DNA of 63,978 bases, filler included, from Octopus bimaculoides (GCF_001194135.2; 5 parts of 4 records of this genome joined end to end with filler, not necessarily neighbours in it); one strand, 5' to 3'. Counted from the first letter of the whole stretch, positions 23,976-37,424 are shown. The notes: a model not told the origin generated them from the sequence alone. Numbers and translations: made by a program.

Positions 23976-24825
23976 TAAGGGCTACATCGAAAGTAATGCA
24001 AAATCAGGCATAACTCTTTTATTAGTTCACATAAGTAATCTAAATTTTACATATTTGTAGAGTAACTCTTCTTCTACACTAAATTACTATTCCACATAGT
24101 CTCCATCAACAAGCGGTGCATTTGCACCATCGTTAACCTAACTCCCAAATCCTTTTTGAAAAATATTCAGGTGTGCTCTGTTGTGTCCATATCTTCACAG
24201 CTACTTTCACCACACCGTGTTATCTAATCGTTGTCCACGATGATTCTTCTTTATTGAGTAGAAGTGGAAGTTTACAGGTACCAGATCCGGTTTGCACAGC
24301 GAATGGAAGACCCAGTTTGTTTATTGTCTTATTACTTGCCATAGATGTTTGAGATTACTCTTTGGCATGGCGAATAGGATCGTTTTCAGATCCTTCTATT
24401 GTCTCTTCCTCCTAATGGCTTCCCTAATTTTTTTCAGTATCTCACTGAACCGCTCGCTGCTCACGACAGAGCTACTTTCCAGAAAATCAAGGTGAATGAC
24501 GCCGTTGCCATCACAAAACATCAACTTTGACTTTCAATGCCGATCGCTGGGTTTTGACCATCTCTTACTTTGGGGGAAAGGTGTGACGCAATTACATAGA
24601 CTGAGTTTACGTTTCCGGATCATATTTCGTCTTCTGTCCCCAGAGCGACAAAGCCTATCCCAATAAGGGATTCAAATGCTTCCTGCAGATCCGAGCAGAT
24701 TTCTAACCTTCTCTCTTTCAGATTGGGTGTCAACCGCCGAGGTCGCAACTTTGCACACAAGGTCATCCACCATCTTCTGGAATGCATTGTAGCCATATGA
24801 GCACAAGTTCTTCAATTTGCAGGGG
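23976..24825 (-). mobile_element. Mariner transposase pseudogene with one terminal repeat
   Basis: TA then TAAGGGCTACATCGAAAGTAATGCA at 23974. Minus frames read PRRLTPNLKERRLEICSDL, YDPET*TQSM, DGNGVIHLDFLE...IREAIRRKR, KPDLVPVNFHF (YSPDLAPSDFHLF-like). Confidence 0.85.
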
Positions 24826-24974
24826 TACGTAAAGGCTCAGTAAATTATATTGAGCCCAATACTTGTTTAGTATGTCATTGCATCGATCCTGAAATGAACA
24901 GAGAACGAACGTAAAGCGCTAGAACAATTAGTACAAGGCATATTTTTCGACGCCCTAACGATCGTGTTTAACTG

Positions 24975-25175
24975 CTGACAGAATCGTTAGCCTGCCGAGC
25001 AAAATACTGAGCAGCGTTTCGTCTGTTTTTACGTTCTGAGTTCAAATTTCGTGGAGGTCGACTTTGGTTTCATCCTTTCGGAGTCGATAGAATAAGTACC
25101 AAATGAGCACTGGAGTCGATGTAATTGACCTGCCTCCGAAATTGCTGACCTTATGCCAAAATTTGAAGCCAGTAA
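24975..25175 (+). mobile_element. SINE family A
   Basis: CTGACAGAATCGTTAGC...TTCTGAGTTCAAATT...GTCGACTTTG...AAATTTGAAGCC. Confidence 0.85.
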
Positions 25176-26387
25176 ATGTCTGATTCACAAAGTTAAAAAT
25201 ATATATTCTTTTGTACTTATTAAGTGTCCCTCTAAGTCTTTATATTACTTTTAACTTCTATGCTAACAGATTTTTCAACACAGTTTCTGAGTTTCATTGA
25301 GTAACTAAATATTTTGTACTTGAATCTGTATTTATTTAATTTTTGTATCAGTAGGGGATGGTGGTTATTTGAAACTACTATCACTGTTGTAACTAGTAGA
25401 TGCGTTCCCTTACCACTTAGACATCAATTTGAAATAAAAACAACGATGCCAATACCCGTTGATAAAAAATATACACGAAGTAGAGAAATTTATACTAGAC
25501 GATCTTTTCTTAGCAAAAATGAAAAAAGAGAAGAAAGTAAAAAGTAACTTTTTTATTCGCTAATCCGGGGAAAAATTACTTTCTCAGTGGGTGTTCTGTG
25601 AAAAATTTCCTTTCGCATGACAATTCGAGTATCATCATCATCGTCATACTACTACTACTACTACATGAATATTAGTATATTCTTCACAAACGTAACTATA
25701 CGATTAAAAAAGATTATATATATATAAATACAGACTTTATTTATTGAACAATATTTCAATAGTACATCTGTCTTCCTCAAGTTGAATATAAAACGAGAAT
25801 AATGGACAATGAAAATCACACGAAGAACGTAAATCTATTTATAAGTATCGCTTGTTTGTAACTGGTTAAAACAAGAAATACAAACATAGGTGCGGGAACT
25901 GCTAGTCAAAGAGATTTGTATAAATCCGATGGAACTTTCCTGGGATTTTGTTCCTGCCCCAGGGCAAGACATTAGTAACTTTTAGATATATTTGTTTTTG
26001 CGTGTTTTGAGGAGTGAAAGTTCAGTGGAGTCAGAATAGTTTTTGAGAATGTGTACTTAAATGTGTTCATTGCAGTTACGGTCATTTGTATTAAGATGCT
26101 CGGTAAGTTTCGTAGAAGTAGTAAGGTGTCTTTTATCTAATTTTTCTGTTGCTTAACCGACATAAGTCAAGTCGTGTTGTGTGCATCCAGCTACCTACAC
26201 AATGAAAAAGGCTTTCTGAACTAAATCCCAAATGACACAGTTAAAAGTCACGAATATGCATTAGAAAAATATTGCATAACAGATATCAGTATATTTCACA
26301 TAGATATCCTCGTTTTCAAGAAATATTTCCTTATCCTTATGTTGTTGCCTTTGGGTATGGGGAAAATATAAGACATTAACTAGTAAC

Positions 26388-26602
26388 AGTGAGCTGACAG
26401 AATCGTTAGCACGCAGGGCAAAATGCTCGGCGACTTTTCTTCCGCCTTTACGTTCTGAGTTCAAATTCTGCTGAGTACAACTTTGGCTTTCTTTCTTTCT
26501 GGGTACATAACTATGTGCTAGTTGATCACTTGGGCTGATGTAATCGATTATCTCTCTTTTCTGAAATTGTTGGCCTTGTGTCAAAACTTGAAACCAGTAT
26601 TA
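26388..26602 (+). mobile_element. SINE family A
   Basis: GTGAGCTGACAGAATCGTTAGCACG...GAGTTCAAATTC...GGCCTTGTGTCAAAACTTGAAACC. Confidence 0.85.
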
Positions 26603-28329
26603 ACTAGCAACTTTAATCGTTAGTACACTGGAGCTTATGAACGCCGTCCCCCGCTAAAATCTGTGGCAAAAATAGCTAAGCCTTGTTCAATGTGCAACAA
26701 AATGAGATACGTCAACTCCACAAATTTTGAAAAAAATGAAGCATGCACTCCCCATCAGATGCAGACCGTTTATCTTGGAAAAGAACAGAAGAAATAAAGA
26801 GATTAATTAGTGTTGAAGAGCTTAGAACTTGGTAAAAAGAGTTACACGATATATCAATATCAAAGAAGCAATTGATTTGTCTCTTCGAGTGGACTTGAAA
26901 AGACAAGAAGCAACTAATGAGATTTTGGACAGAACTGAGGAGCCTTAAAATTCTAGAGTTTGTTTCTAGTTATTCATAAAGAAAAATACTATTGTATTAT
27001 TGAATTATCTTGTCTATTGTTTATTTTATGGTATTCATCTCTTACTCAACTAATGCTCTTCGCAGCTCCTTCATCGATGTAGAGAGTGATGTTTAATTAA
27101 GTTACGGGAAACTTATGGCCATTTATTGTATTTTGACCTTCATTAAAGTACGATTATACTTCCTTGTATAAGTTCAATATCAGTATGGTCAAAACTCCTT
27201 CCAAAGCCAGCAGGCAGACTATAGAAATCTCTACTCTGTGACACTTTTTAATCTTATCTTCTCCTTTTAAAGTTGCAAGCATAAAAAATTACGTCTGAAT
27301 TTGTCGGAAGTGAGGTAATTAACACTTCCACTTGAGTGTCTGTTGCACGTTATGTTACGAAATCTAATTTATTTGCTTCTCTAATACAATTTTACATTGC
27401 AGAGTGCAAAATTAAATGGTTTTGCCAAGTTCGTAGCCCCAAAATAAATAAATCTAAAAAAAAATAACTTATGTTTGTGTTTGAAAATGTGTTGACATCA
27501 CTAACCTCCGTAGTACCAACACGGAATCTATACATCGCTGTTTGACTTAAAAATGCGAAATAAAGAAATTTTTTTAAATGACGCACACTAATGCAAGGAA
27601 ATGAATTTCAGTATTTTGGATTGAAAAGAATCATCATAATTCAATAGCTGTTAATGTAATCGGAAAATTCTAAGACTAACCTATAATCTTTATTTCTAAG
27701 AATAATTCAAAGTGAAGCCTATATCAAATTGTTGCTTGGCATAACCTATGCACAACAAACAAGTTACCATGGTTTAATGCAATGTATGTGATAATACTGG
27801 CAGGGATGCTGATAGTAGTTCTTAGAACTGTTCTAGAGATGCAGACAATGAACAGAATAAATATATAGTTTCACTGAAGAATGTAATTGCTAAGTGTCTG
27901 TAAAACGGATATGAAATCTGGTCTGTAGAAGCGCCTGAAAGAAATATGTGACTTCCAAGTGAAATGAAACAAAGAATAAACATCCAACCTGTTCCGGCTA
28001 GTCTGAAGACAAATGAAGATAATGAGAAACGGTCAAGAAAAGGAAGTGCGTGGAAGTGATGTGGGAGGAAGAAAAGTTGGATAGATAAAGGTGCAACATT
28101 GACAGTCATTGATATGGAGTTGGATATAAGGTTCTGAAAGAGATGGTACTTTATAGAAAACGTATCTATTGTAATGAGACGAAAGAATGCTATAACAATT
28201 AAAATGGCATTAAGAGTAGGCAGACTTAGCGATCATAATATGAAAATGACACAGTCAGTTTGGTAATATTTGGTTAAAACACGACAACGGAAGTATATAA
28301 AACATTTATTTTTATATAATATATATTTA

Positions 28330-28765
28330 GAAGGTGGTGTGATGGTAGAATCCTTAGTACGCCAGGTGAAATACTTAGCGGCATTTCGTTCGTCTTTTCG
28401 TTCTGAGTTCACATTCCACTGAGGTCGACTTTGACTTTCATCATTTTGGGGTCAATAAAATAAGTACCAGTTGAGCACTGGAGTTGAGATAATCAACTTA
28501 ACCATTTCCCTAAATTGTGAGCTTTGGGTCAAAATTTGAAACCAATATCAATATATCTCGTACTCGTAGAGAGGCGGCGAGATAGCAGAAGCATTACCTT
28601 GCCAGGCCAAAAGCATATTAGCATTTCAAATGCTGCCGGGGATGACTTTGTCTTTCATCCTTTCGAGGTTGATAAAAGAAGTAACAGTTGAGTACTGGGG
28701 TCGATGTAATCGACTTACCCACTCCCATGAAATTGCTGGCATTGTGCCAAAATTTGAAACCCATA
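28330..28765 (+). mobile_element. Tandem dimer of SINE family A
   Basis: Two consecutive copies (~28330-28545, ~28570-28765), each ending CAAAATTTGAAACC. Confidence 0.85.
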
Positions 28766-29012
28766 TATTTAATAGAACCTATTGAGAACGTTTAAAAATG
28801 TTTATTGCCAATAAACTTTAATTAACTGAAATAATCATGGATAGTATTCATAGAATATTTCTTTAACTTAATTAGTTATGCCTGCTTGCATTCAATGATT
28901 TGAAAAGAAAAAAATATGATAGTTGTATATTTGTGCATTTATTAAAAAAAATATATGTCAAAGGAATCCTTAGTGAATGTTGCTCAATATTGCTTTTAGA
29001 TTATTTCTTTTC

Positions 29013-29049
<37 letters not shown>

Positions 29050-29622
29050 TGTATGTCTGTAAAGCGATGATTGTATGACTTTTATGTAAGAATTATGGTC
29101 GAATTGTATATCAAGGGAATATGGGGTAGATAATTTTGGAGAAGAGAAGATACAGAAATTAATTTGTAAAACGGAAAGAAATAAGTTAAAGCGAATTCGT
29201 GATGACAGTGCGTGATAGGTAACGGAGTTAACTAGAAATACATAAACTGTGAAAATTCTCAATTGGAATATAAAAACATTTTTAAAAAGGTATATCATGA
29301 AACCTAAGATATAAATTCAGTGAAAATATAGATTTTGTCATATATCCGCGTGTGAAAGACATTACAAGTAGGCTTAGTAGGAGTTCCATAATGTCGACGA
29401 GAGTTGCTTTCTTGCGCGGCGTGACGATGTTTCGAAAACAATTTACAATGACATTTAGCGAAAAAAAAAAATATCAGATATGAAAATAAGAAACACGTTT
29501 CTATTGGTAAGTACACACGTATTTTCCTCAACAAGGCATTTTAATGAAAATTTCAATCAAATTTTCAGTCAAATGTAATCACAACTGCGTTGTTAAAATT
29601 TAAAATTTGAAAACGAAACTAG

Positions 29623-29731
29623 TTTACTGCTGTAGAGGTAAGCTGCCTGACAGGTGTGAACATTCCATTCAAAATTAATTTACTGCTGTAGAGGTAAGCT
29701 GTCTAACAAATGTGAACATTCCATTCAAAAT
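29623..29731. repeat. 56-bp tandem duplication
   Basis: TTTACTGCTGTAGAGGTAAGCTG.CT.ACA..TGTGAACATTCCATTCAAAAT at 29623 and 29679. Confidence 0.9.
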
Positions 29732-30063
29732 CAGCGGGAAAGAGGATATTTATAGATAACTGGTTAGAAATCTCCAGCTTTGATATCCAGAATATTAAAC
29801 GTACATCTGTGTCTGTAATTGTTGCTGTAGATAGTTATGTTCAGTGATTATACCATAAGCTAGAAAATTATTTATTTGTAGGTTCAATGTGTGAAGGGAA
29901 TAGTGAAAATATGAAAGACACGCACACACAGACACATACACAAACAAATATATATAGGCGTGCGCATATCCATGTGGTGTGTTTGAACACGTATGAATAT
30001 ATGTATATGTATATATACATACACACACATGCACACACACAAACAAACACACACACATATATA

Positions 30064-30483
30064 CGAGGGGTGTATGAAAAGTCTTGAGCCTCAAAAAAAC
30101 AAAAAAACATGGTACAAGACTTCTGATGATTTATTTTTGAACATAGTCCCCCTCGATGGCTGAACACTTTCTCCAGCGGTGCTGAAGCGCCATTATCCCG
30201 GCGTAGAAGAACTCTTTTGTTTGAGACTCCAAGAAACTTCCTAGAGCGTCTATGACGACATTGTCACTGGTAAAATGGCGACCAGCCAAGGCATATTTCA
30301 TTTTTGGAAATAGATGAAAGTCAGAGGGGGCTACGTGTGGCGAATAAGGCGGATGGGAAATAAGTTCGTATCCATAATCACGATAGTTGCCATGGCAACC
30401 ACTGAGGTATGGGCTGGAGCATTGTCGTGATGAAAAAGGTCTCCTCCGGTGAGCATTCCCGGTCTTTTCCTTTGATTGCTTCC
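30064..30483 (-). mobile_element. Mariner transposase 3' fragment with right TIR
   Basis: TA-CGAGGGGTGTATGAAAAG terminus. Protein KRPGM...FHHDNAPAH...GYELISHPPYSPHVAPSDFHLFPKMK...LQHRWRKC..IEGDYV. Confidence 0.92.
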
Positions 30484-30957
30484 TGTCCATCTCCTTTAGT
30501 TACTCCTTTGTCCACTTCAGGATTCCAGCGCCATACCGAACTACTGCGACTGCGCGCAAATTTGCGAATTTATTGCCGAAATTATATTTCTGGTATTCAG
30601 ATTTGAAGCCAATATTTTTCTCCCTCGCCGCAGGTACTCTTTTTTTTTTGTCTTTCCCTTCATGTCACTATGTTTGATTCCATCTGCCTCAAGTATTCCC
30701 AGGTATTTATAGCTGGATTGAGGTTGAATTGTCTTCATCATTTCACTACTTGGCAGAAAAACTTTCCTCGTCTTATCATCATCGTAGCACATTTTGAGAG
30801 TCCAAGCTCCATCTTAATATCATTGGAGAAAATCCGCACAGACTGGACTAGGCTGTTCAGTTCTTCCTCAGTTTTTGTGAATAGATTCAGGTCGTTCATG
30901 AATAGCTATTGGTTCAGTTTTCTCTTACCTCTTCCCAGATCATACCACAACTTTGTT
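30484..30957 (-). mobile_element. R4/Dong-clade non-LTR retrotransposon internal RT fragment (copy B)
   Basis: LFMNDLNLFTK...LNSLVQSVRIFSNDIKMELGLSKC, YKYLGILEADGI, AVVRYGAGILKWTKE. Confidence 0.85.
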
Positions 30958-30984
30958 TTATTATTATCATTATCATTATTATTA

Positions 30985-31048
<64 letters not shown>

Positions 31049-31073
31049 CATCATCATTATTATTATTATTATT
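30958..31073. repeat. (TAA)n/(ATT)n microsatellite between the two R4/Dong copies
   Basis: Direct observation. Confidence 0.97.
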
Positions 31074-33561
31074 TGATGAAAACTCTCATCTTATTTTGCT
31101 GGCATGATGGAAAGTGCCAGCTGCTCATAGCCAGCAGACTAAGGTGACACTTGTTTACGGGCCATGCTCCAAAAACCCTGCGAAGAATTTGATCTCAACT
31201 GATTGAAAGCTGATTTTTGTAGGAGATCTATTCTTATGTTCGTACCAATCTTTTTGAGCCATGTTGGTAGTTGAGTGCTGACACTTCCAAGTATGCCAAC
31301 CACTATCGGTATCACGTTTACTCTCCTCACTGACCACAGCCTTCGTATTTCCCACTTCACATTATCGTAGTTGTTTAGTTTTCTTCTTTATCTTTGATCT
31401 TGTCACCGGGACATGCTATATCGATTATCATGCATGTTCTTTCTTTTTTTTGTGTAGCACAACAATGTCCGGTCCCGATATCAGCTCAGCTGATCGCACT
31501 GAATCTTTACATCCCACAATATTTTGGAATCTTCATCCTCGGTGACTCCTTCTGGGCTTTTCTCATACAAAGTCCTTACTCAATGTGGGCCGTGATTTCC
31601 ACAGAACTCCCAATGGATTATTTTTGCTACATTGTCATATCGTCTTTTGTATTCGTGTTGTGCCAATTTCAACCACTCGCTAACGATGTGCCATACCGTT
31701 TCACCCCTCTCACCACACATTCTGCATTTGTCATTGTCGGTAGTGTTGTCGATTCTGCACTTCACATTTGTACTTGTGTTGCGCATATAAGTGCTTGCCT
31801 CTATCATCAGGTCACTCCTCAGTATTTTTTACATACTACTCGAACCTGTTTTCCTCTGTTTCGATACAATGCTGGCAACTGAGAAAACCTTCCCCACCCT
31901 TTCTTCTGGAGAAGTACATTCTATTGGTCACTTTTAAGGTGGAAGGCTCCGCGCACTGTCAATGTTTTTCTTGTATTGGTATCCATATTCATCAGTTCCT
32001 TATTTTGCCATTTTATGATTCCAGCTCCATACCGAAGTGTTGCTATCGCTCATGTATTTACTGCTTGGATTTTATTCCGTCCGATCAATTTTGAGCGCAA
32101 CACCAAACTTAGTCTTCGGAAATATTCCATCCTCAGTTGTTTTTACATTTCCTTTTCCATGATTTCGTTGAACTCTAGTATGCCAAAGTATTTGTAGCCT
32201 TCCTTTTGAATTTTTTTAATCAGTTCTCTATTAGATAATTCTATTCCTGCTAGGGACTGTACCATGTCTCTTTTCAGGTACATTATGTCACACTTCTTGA
32301 GTCCAAATTCCATGCTAATATCAGGACTAAAACAGTGAACCGTATTCACCAAAGAACTCACTTGTGCTTCATCCTTGTCACACAGCTTCCAATCATCTAT
32401 GAAGAGAGAGAGAGTGGTTGATTGTTTGAGATTTTCCCTTTAGCTGATATCCCAGGTTCATTTTCCTAAGTACCAAGGTCAGATGGAACATGCAGAGAAC
32501 AAAAAGCAACGGAGATAAGCTTCTTCTGATGCCCAGGGTGGCCAAACTTTTCCTATAAGATGTCAACTCAGTTTTCCACCCCACCGTACTTCTCTCAAGA
32601 AAACCTGTCACATTCCTTGCAATTCCAAAAGAAATCTAAGTTCTGGATGATCCACGAATGTGGAATCATATCATAAACTTTGCGATAGTCAATCCAGGCT
32701 ATTCCCAAATTTGTCCTCTTTCGTTTACTATGGTGCATTACTATTTTGTCTATCAATAATTGGCCTTTGGTACCTCTGCATCTCCTCCTATAACCTTTTC
32801 CGTCGTTCTCATCAAAACATTTGTACAGTTCTTGTGCAATTCCTCCTGACACTAACTTACACATTAATGGGAAGCAAAAAATTGGCCTGTAATTGTCGGC
32901 AGCATTTCCTTTTGATGTATCCTTCAGACACAATACTGTTCTTTCTTTTGTCAACCAATCTGGGATTTAAATCTTCTCAATCGATCAATACATTGAATTT
33001 CTCTGCGATCAATTTATGGTACTTACTGAACTTTTTTATTCAAAATCCATGTACACCATCAGGTCCTGCTGCTTTCCAATTGCTTTCTCTTTTTATTCAT
33101 ACTTCCGATACTGTCTTCTTTGAAGTGGATAGCTGGGGATAAGAAGCTATTTGCTTCAGGCAGCAGTGCTATTCAGCTGCAATATTATGTTGTTCTTGCT
33201 TACTCCATATCCTACCCCAGAACTGTCCACTTTCATCAGCATCAGGAACTAATCTTTTACGCTCTATATCATCATTAATTTCTTGATCAAATCTTTTTTG
33301 GTCGATTCTAAACAATTGGTTTTGTCGGTATTGCTTAATCCGTTGTTCAAACCTTGTTAGCTTTGCTTTTTTGGCAAGTATGCGCTGCTTCAGTTCTTCA
33401 ATTACAACATTCAAACTTTTTGTATCTGCATCATGCTTCTTCCTCACTTTTTTTCAAATTTGCGATCATTCTTCAAATCTCTTTTTCTTTTCCTGGCGAG
33501 TATTGACACTACACTGTTCAAGGAATTTATATTTTCTGAAATTCTCCTTTTCCAAGATGGT
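31074..33561 (-). mobile_element. 5'-truncated R4/Dong-clade retrotransposon (copy A): RT, CCHC knuckle and restriction-like endonuclease; decayed
   Basis: NYRPIFCFPLMCKL, GTKGQLLIDK, WIDYRKVYDMIPHSW, KCRMCGERGETVWHIVSE, KILWDVKIQCD...RPDIVV...IIDIACPGD, VIPIVVGILG; 3' UTR runs into (TAA)n. Confidence 0.92.
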
Positions 33562-33562
33562 T

Positions 33563-33649
<87 letters not shown>

Positions 33650-33650
33650 A
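33562..33650. repeat. (GTA)n(GCA)n(GTA)n microsatellite at the 5' junction of R4/Dong copy A
   Basis: Direct observation. Confidence 0.97.
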
Positions 33651-34239
33651 ATTGCTTTTTGTCCTCAATATATGGTAGTCTTGTTAGTAAATTCGGAGTG
33701 GAAAGAATAGTATGGTTGTGAATTATGTAATGGTAAGAGAAAGAGAAAGAAGAAATGTGAAAAAGGTCTTGTTTATGGAGCTAAGGTTTTTGTTTATTCC
33801 TTTCGTTCTGAAGTGCAAATTTTACTTGATGACTGTACTAAATGAAGGATGATCATTATACAGTACAGAACTTTTACATAGATAGTTTGCTTCTAGTCTT
33901 TTGCCTTTCTTTTTTGTTTTTGTAGCAATAAAAGGAGAGGAAGGGTAGGTATCTAGACATTTAGATAACTTGAATTATCAAGGTAGTTAGTAATCTTACA
34001 TCACATGTTGTTAAGACCATATATTAGTTTATTTAGCACCAAAAACATTTTTTCTGTTAATGAGATGCAATACTTTTTGTTTAAAATTGTAATAAAGCTT
34101 GTGAGAAATTCATAGAGAGTTCAATGAAAAATCATTATACATTCAAAGATTTAAAGAGTGGGTTATAATGATTTGATAAAGATTTTATGTTGAGTATGAG
34201 AAGAAACCAAGGATTTCTTATAACAAATTGCATCTTTAT

Positions 34240-34330
34240 ATAAACTGATCAACAATTTACCAAGTCAACTTACAGCCAATGGATGTGATATCAGGGTCCG
34301 TCGAAGTACATTGAGAAATAGATAGTTTGA
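34240..34330 (+). pseudogene. Possible ancient pogo/Tigger transposase trace
   Basis: Only the motif NLQPMDV (compare TS.LQP.D.G) in a purine-rich decayed region. Confidence 0.25.
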
Positions 34331-35830
34331 CGCGTTTTTGAATATGAAGAACTCACAAAAGCCATTAACTTTTGCAATTATTCAGTTTCTGTGAGACGAT
34401 CTGAGAAGCTATGCAATAAGGTAGTAAGGAGAGAAAGAAAGTGAAGATTTGGAAAAGTGGGAATGATGAAAAAGATAAAGCCAAGAAGCTAGAAAAGACG
34501 GTATCAGAAAAGTATGATTTTAATGGAAGAATCAGCTTATGAAACACGCAAAGATGTGAGAACGAAAAGTAGATAACAAACAATGTTAGAAAATCAGAAA
34601 ATTAGATTTTGTGAGTTATAAAAGGCAACTTTATACGATGAGTGGTTTGTTAAAAGGTATTTCAAGATGAAATAATTAAGATTTTTGAATAGGAATGTAA
34701 AGTGTTTTTATTGAGGTGAATAGAAAACTTAATTGCACGTAAGCAAAACCTACGATTTGAAGGATAAAACCATAAATTACTTCTTAAAGAGATGATTGTT
34801 ACCTAAATATATCAAAAGAGCGTGTTTAGAATATGAGAAAAAAACATATTTGAAACTTTCTATAAATACATGAAAATGTAGAATCTAATGCAAGTAGAAA
34901 AGATGATCAGAGAATTTTACAAAGGAATAATCGACGCCATTAAATCATTTGATAACTTTTAAGGTATACGGTTGATAGTAGAAGTTACTGTGGCTTTAAC
35001 ATGGCCAGGACTGTTGTACACTAACCACCTCGTGCAGCTCAAGTTAGAACCAGAGCATGGAATTAATTACAAATATGATTAAGAAGCTTAATTAATTTGT
35101 TCTCATGTTGAGAATTTCTTCCTACCGTTTTCAGATGCCACAACGACTTAAACACTGACAGTTATAGAAACGCTTATCACTGCAATGAAGTTGCTATTTA
35201 TAAATGGAAGTAGTATTGTTGTTAACGTTGTTTAATCCCAGGCCAGCTCTAATCAAGTAGACTTTCAAACTGTTTCTTTTATTTTTCAAATACAATCTAT
35301 GTAGAATTCCGTTACGTTGTATTCAGTTTTAAGGTCGTAGGGTATAGTTTAATAGATATCTGGCGGCTATTTCTAGCAATTCGAATGAATATGTAGAGAC
35401 CTTCCCGTTGTCTTTCTAGAAGTATTACCAATAGTGTCTGTTTACTTTTAGGGTAATATTGAGTTGGTCATGGACAGATCACATCGTCTATCAACCCAGT
35501 CAATTACGACTGTACATTATACATTTTAGACAATTATGTAGTAAATACTCTTTTTTGGTTAAATTTTACTGCTATAGCTTCATCTATTACTTTAACTTCC
35601 AAGGGTATGCACAACGTCACAAAAATGGTCTTATCTACATCCTTGTAGTTTATATCTAATTAGAAAATAATTATATATATCTGGTACCAGAGTATCTTTA
35701 GGTAATATTTAGTTCTAAATCAAGCGAAATCCTTTTTGGCATTCCTAAGAAAGGAGCGATGGTCATATTTAAGTTACTCACATCTACACGTCTGAGGTGA
35801 AATAACTTAATATATAGGTTATGTCATATA

Positions 35831-37053
35831 CTAGCTGAATTACCCGGCGTTGTCCGGATTAGTGCTGTTCTTATTCAGATTAGTAAACAATAAATATGAA
35901 GATATATATATTTTTTCTCATAACTATTCCAAAATATGTATATTTTATTTTAAAATATCCAAATTGTAATGTTCATTGTGTAATTTTTTTGTTGGTGTCC
36001 AAATGAATAAAGTTTTACTGTTTCCAACTCGTGAGCAGCCAACATAGAGTTGGCCGTGGGAGAAACATGTAGTAGAGATTAAGTTTAACTACTGTGAGGA
36101 TTTGACCCTGAGATTTGTTAACTGAAATACCAAAAGTTAGTTTGACTGGAAATGGAAGCCTCTTAAATTGAAATAGAACATCTGTAAGTATGAGAGAAAA
36201 TTTTGGAATAAAGACATTTTCTTCTCTGTGATTAACTGACATTGTTGTTGCTTGGAAGGCGTGGGGGTTCATGGAAGTAACAATTAAGCGAGTTCCATTA
36301 CACAGGCGAGGTGGGTCAAGATTCATAAATAACATAATGGGAGCATTCAGCTTTAGTGTCAGATTATGCGGTGGCATTACAATGGGTTTAAGTATGTTCA
36401 GAAATTCAAACAGGTATTGAACTGCCTAATGTTGATCGACTGTTGTGTGAATTGACGGAAAAATCATTTCTGTTGTATCTATTAAATTTTGAAGATCATG
36501 ATGAGTTTATCAGCCATTTCATTAGTTGGAGCAAGTAAAGCTCTTTGACATAGCCAGTTTACATCAGTGTAATTGACAATCACACATACACTGACACATA
36601 TATACCCTCACATATACACTGACACGCACATACACTGTCACATATACTCACATACATATACTAAGACAAACACACAAGACATATATTTACGTAACGAACG
36701 CGCAAACACGCACACACACTCATATACAAAATGTGTCGTGGTGGTGGAATAAGATTCCTTTACTATTTTGTACGTAACGAACGCGCAAACACACACACAC
36801 AGTGACAGAGACATACACACTCATATACAAAATGTGACGTCGTCGTGGTATAAAATGTCCTGTACTATAGTCGACCATAGAAAGATTATTTTCGAGAAAA
36901 TGTTATATTATTTTAATCTAAATGAAAATGAAAATTACATGTTAACACACGCAGTGTCTAATACTATTACCTTGTAAAATTTGATTTGATTTGTGGGAGC
37001 CGTTTGAGAATGCATAGGGAACAGACAGACAAAGAATTTTATATAGGGAAAGA
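35831..37053 (-). mobile_element. Internally deleted Helitron with both termini and a PIF1-like helicase fragment
   Basis: Minus strand: A|TCTTTCCCTATATAAAA 5' end (37053) and CCGG-ACAACG-CCGG hairpin then CTAG|T 3' end (35831). 36015-36377 encodes MPPHNLTLK...NLDPPRLCNGTRL...FPVKLTFGISVNKSQGQ. Internal ~83-bp duplication at 36688-36865. Confidence 0.9.
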
Positions 37054-37424
37054 TTATATAACTTAATATTTCAGTTATATAATACATATAATATATATAA
37101 GGTGGCGAATTTGTTTGATTTCAAATTTCTGTTTCTAAAGAGAATAAGGATTATTAAATGTTTGGTGCAATGACAGAACGATCAGGAGAAGGTCATAAAA
37201 TAAGAAATAAGAGCACAATTTGGCACAGCAAGATAAGCCATAAAATTATTCAATACAATCTGGAAAGAACATGAAAATAAAACTCCAGAATACACTCTTT
37301 TGGAAAGTTGCAATGTATGGATGAAAAGGAAAGCATTTGGAACAACATACTATTGGAAAGTACAGAGGATAATTTGGACTGACTATTGAACAAATGAGTC
37401 AGTACATGAGGAAATGTAAAGGTA

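Noticed and set aside
26076-26102. 27-nt micro-exon (TTCATTGCAG|...CTCG|GTAAGT) as an SLC16 downstream exon
   Set aside because: The peptide does not resemble the expected SLC16 TM11-12 continuation and nothing else supports it.
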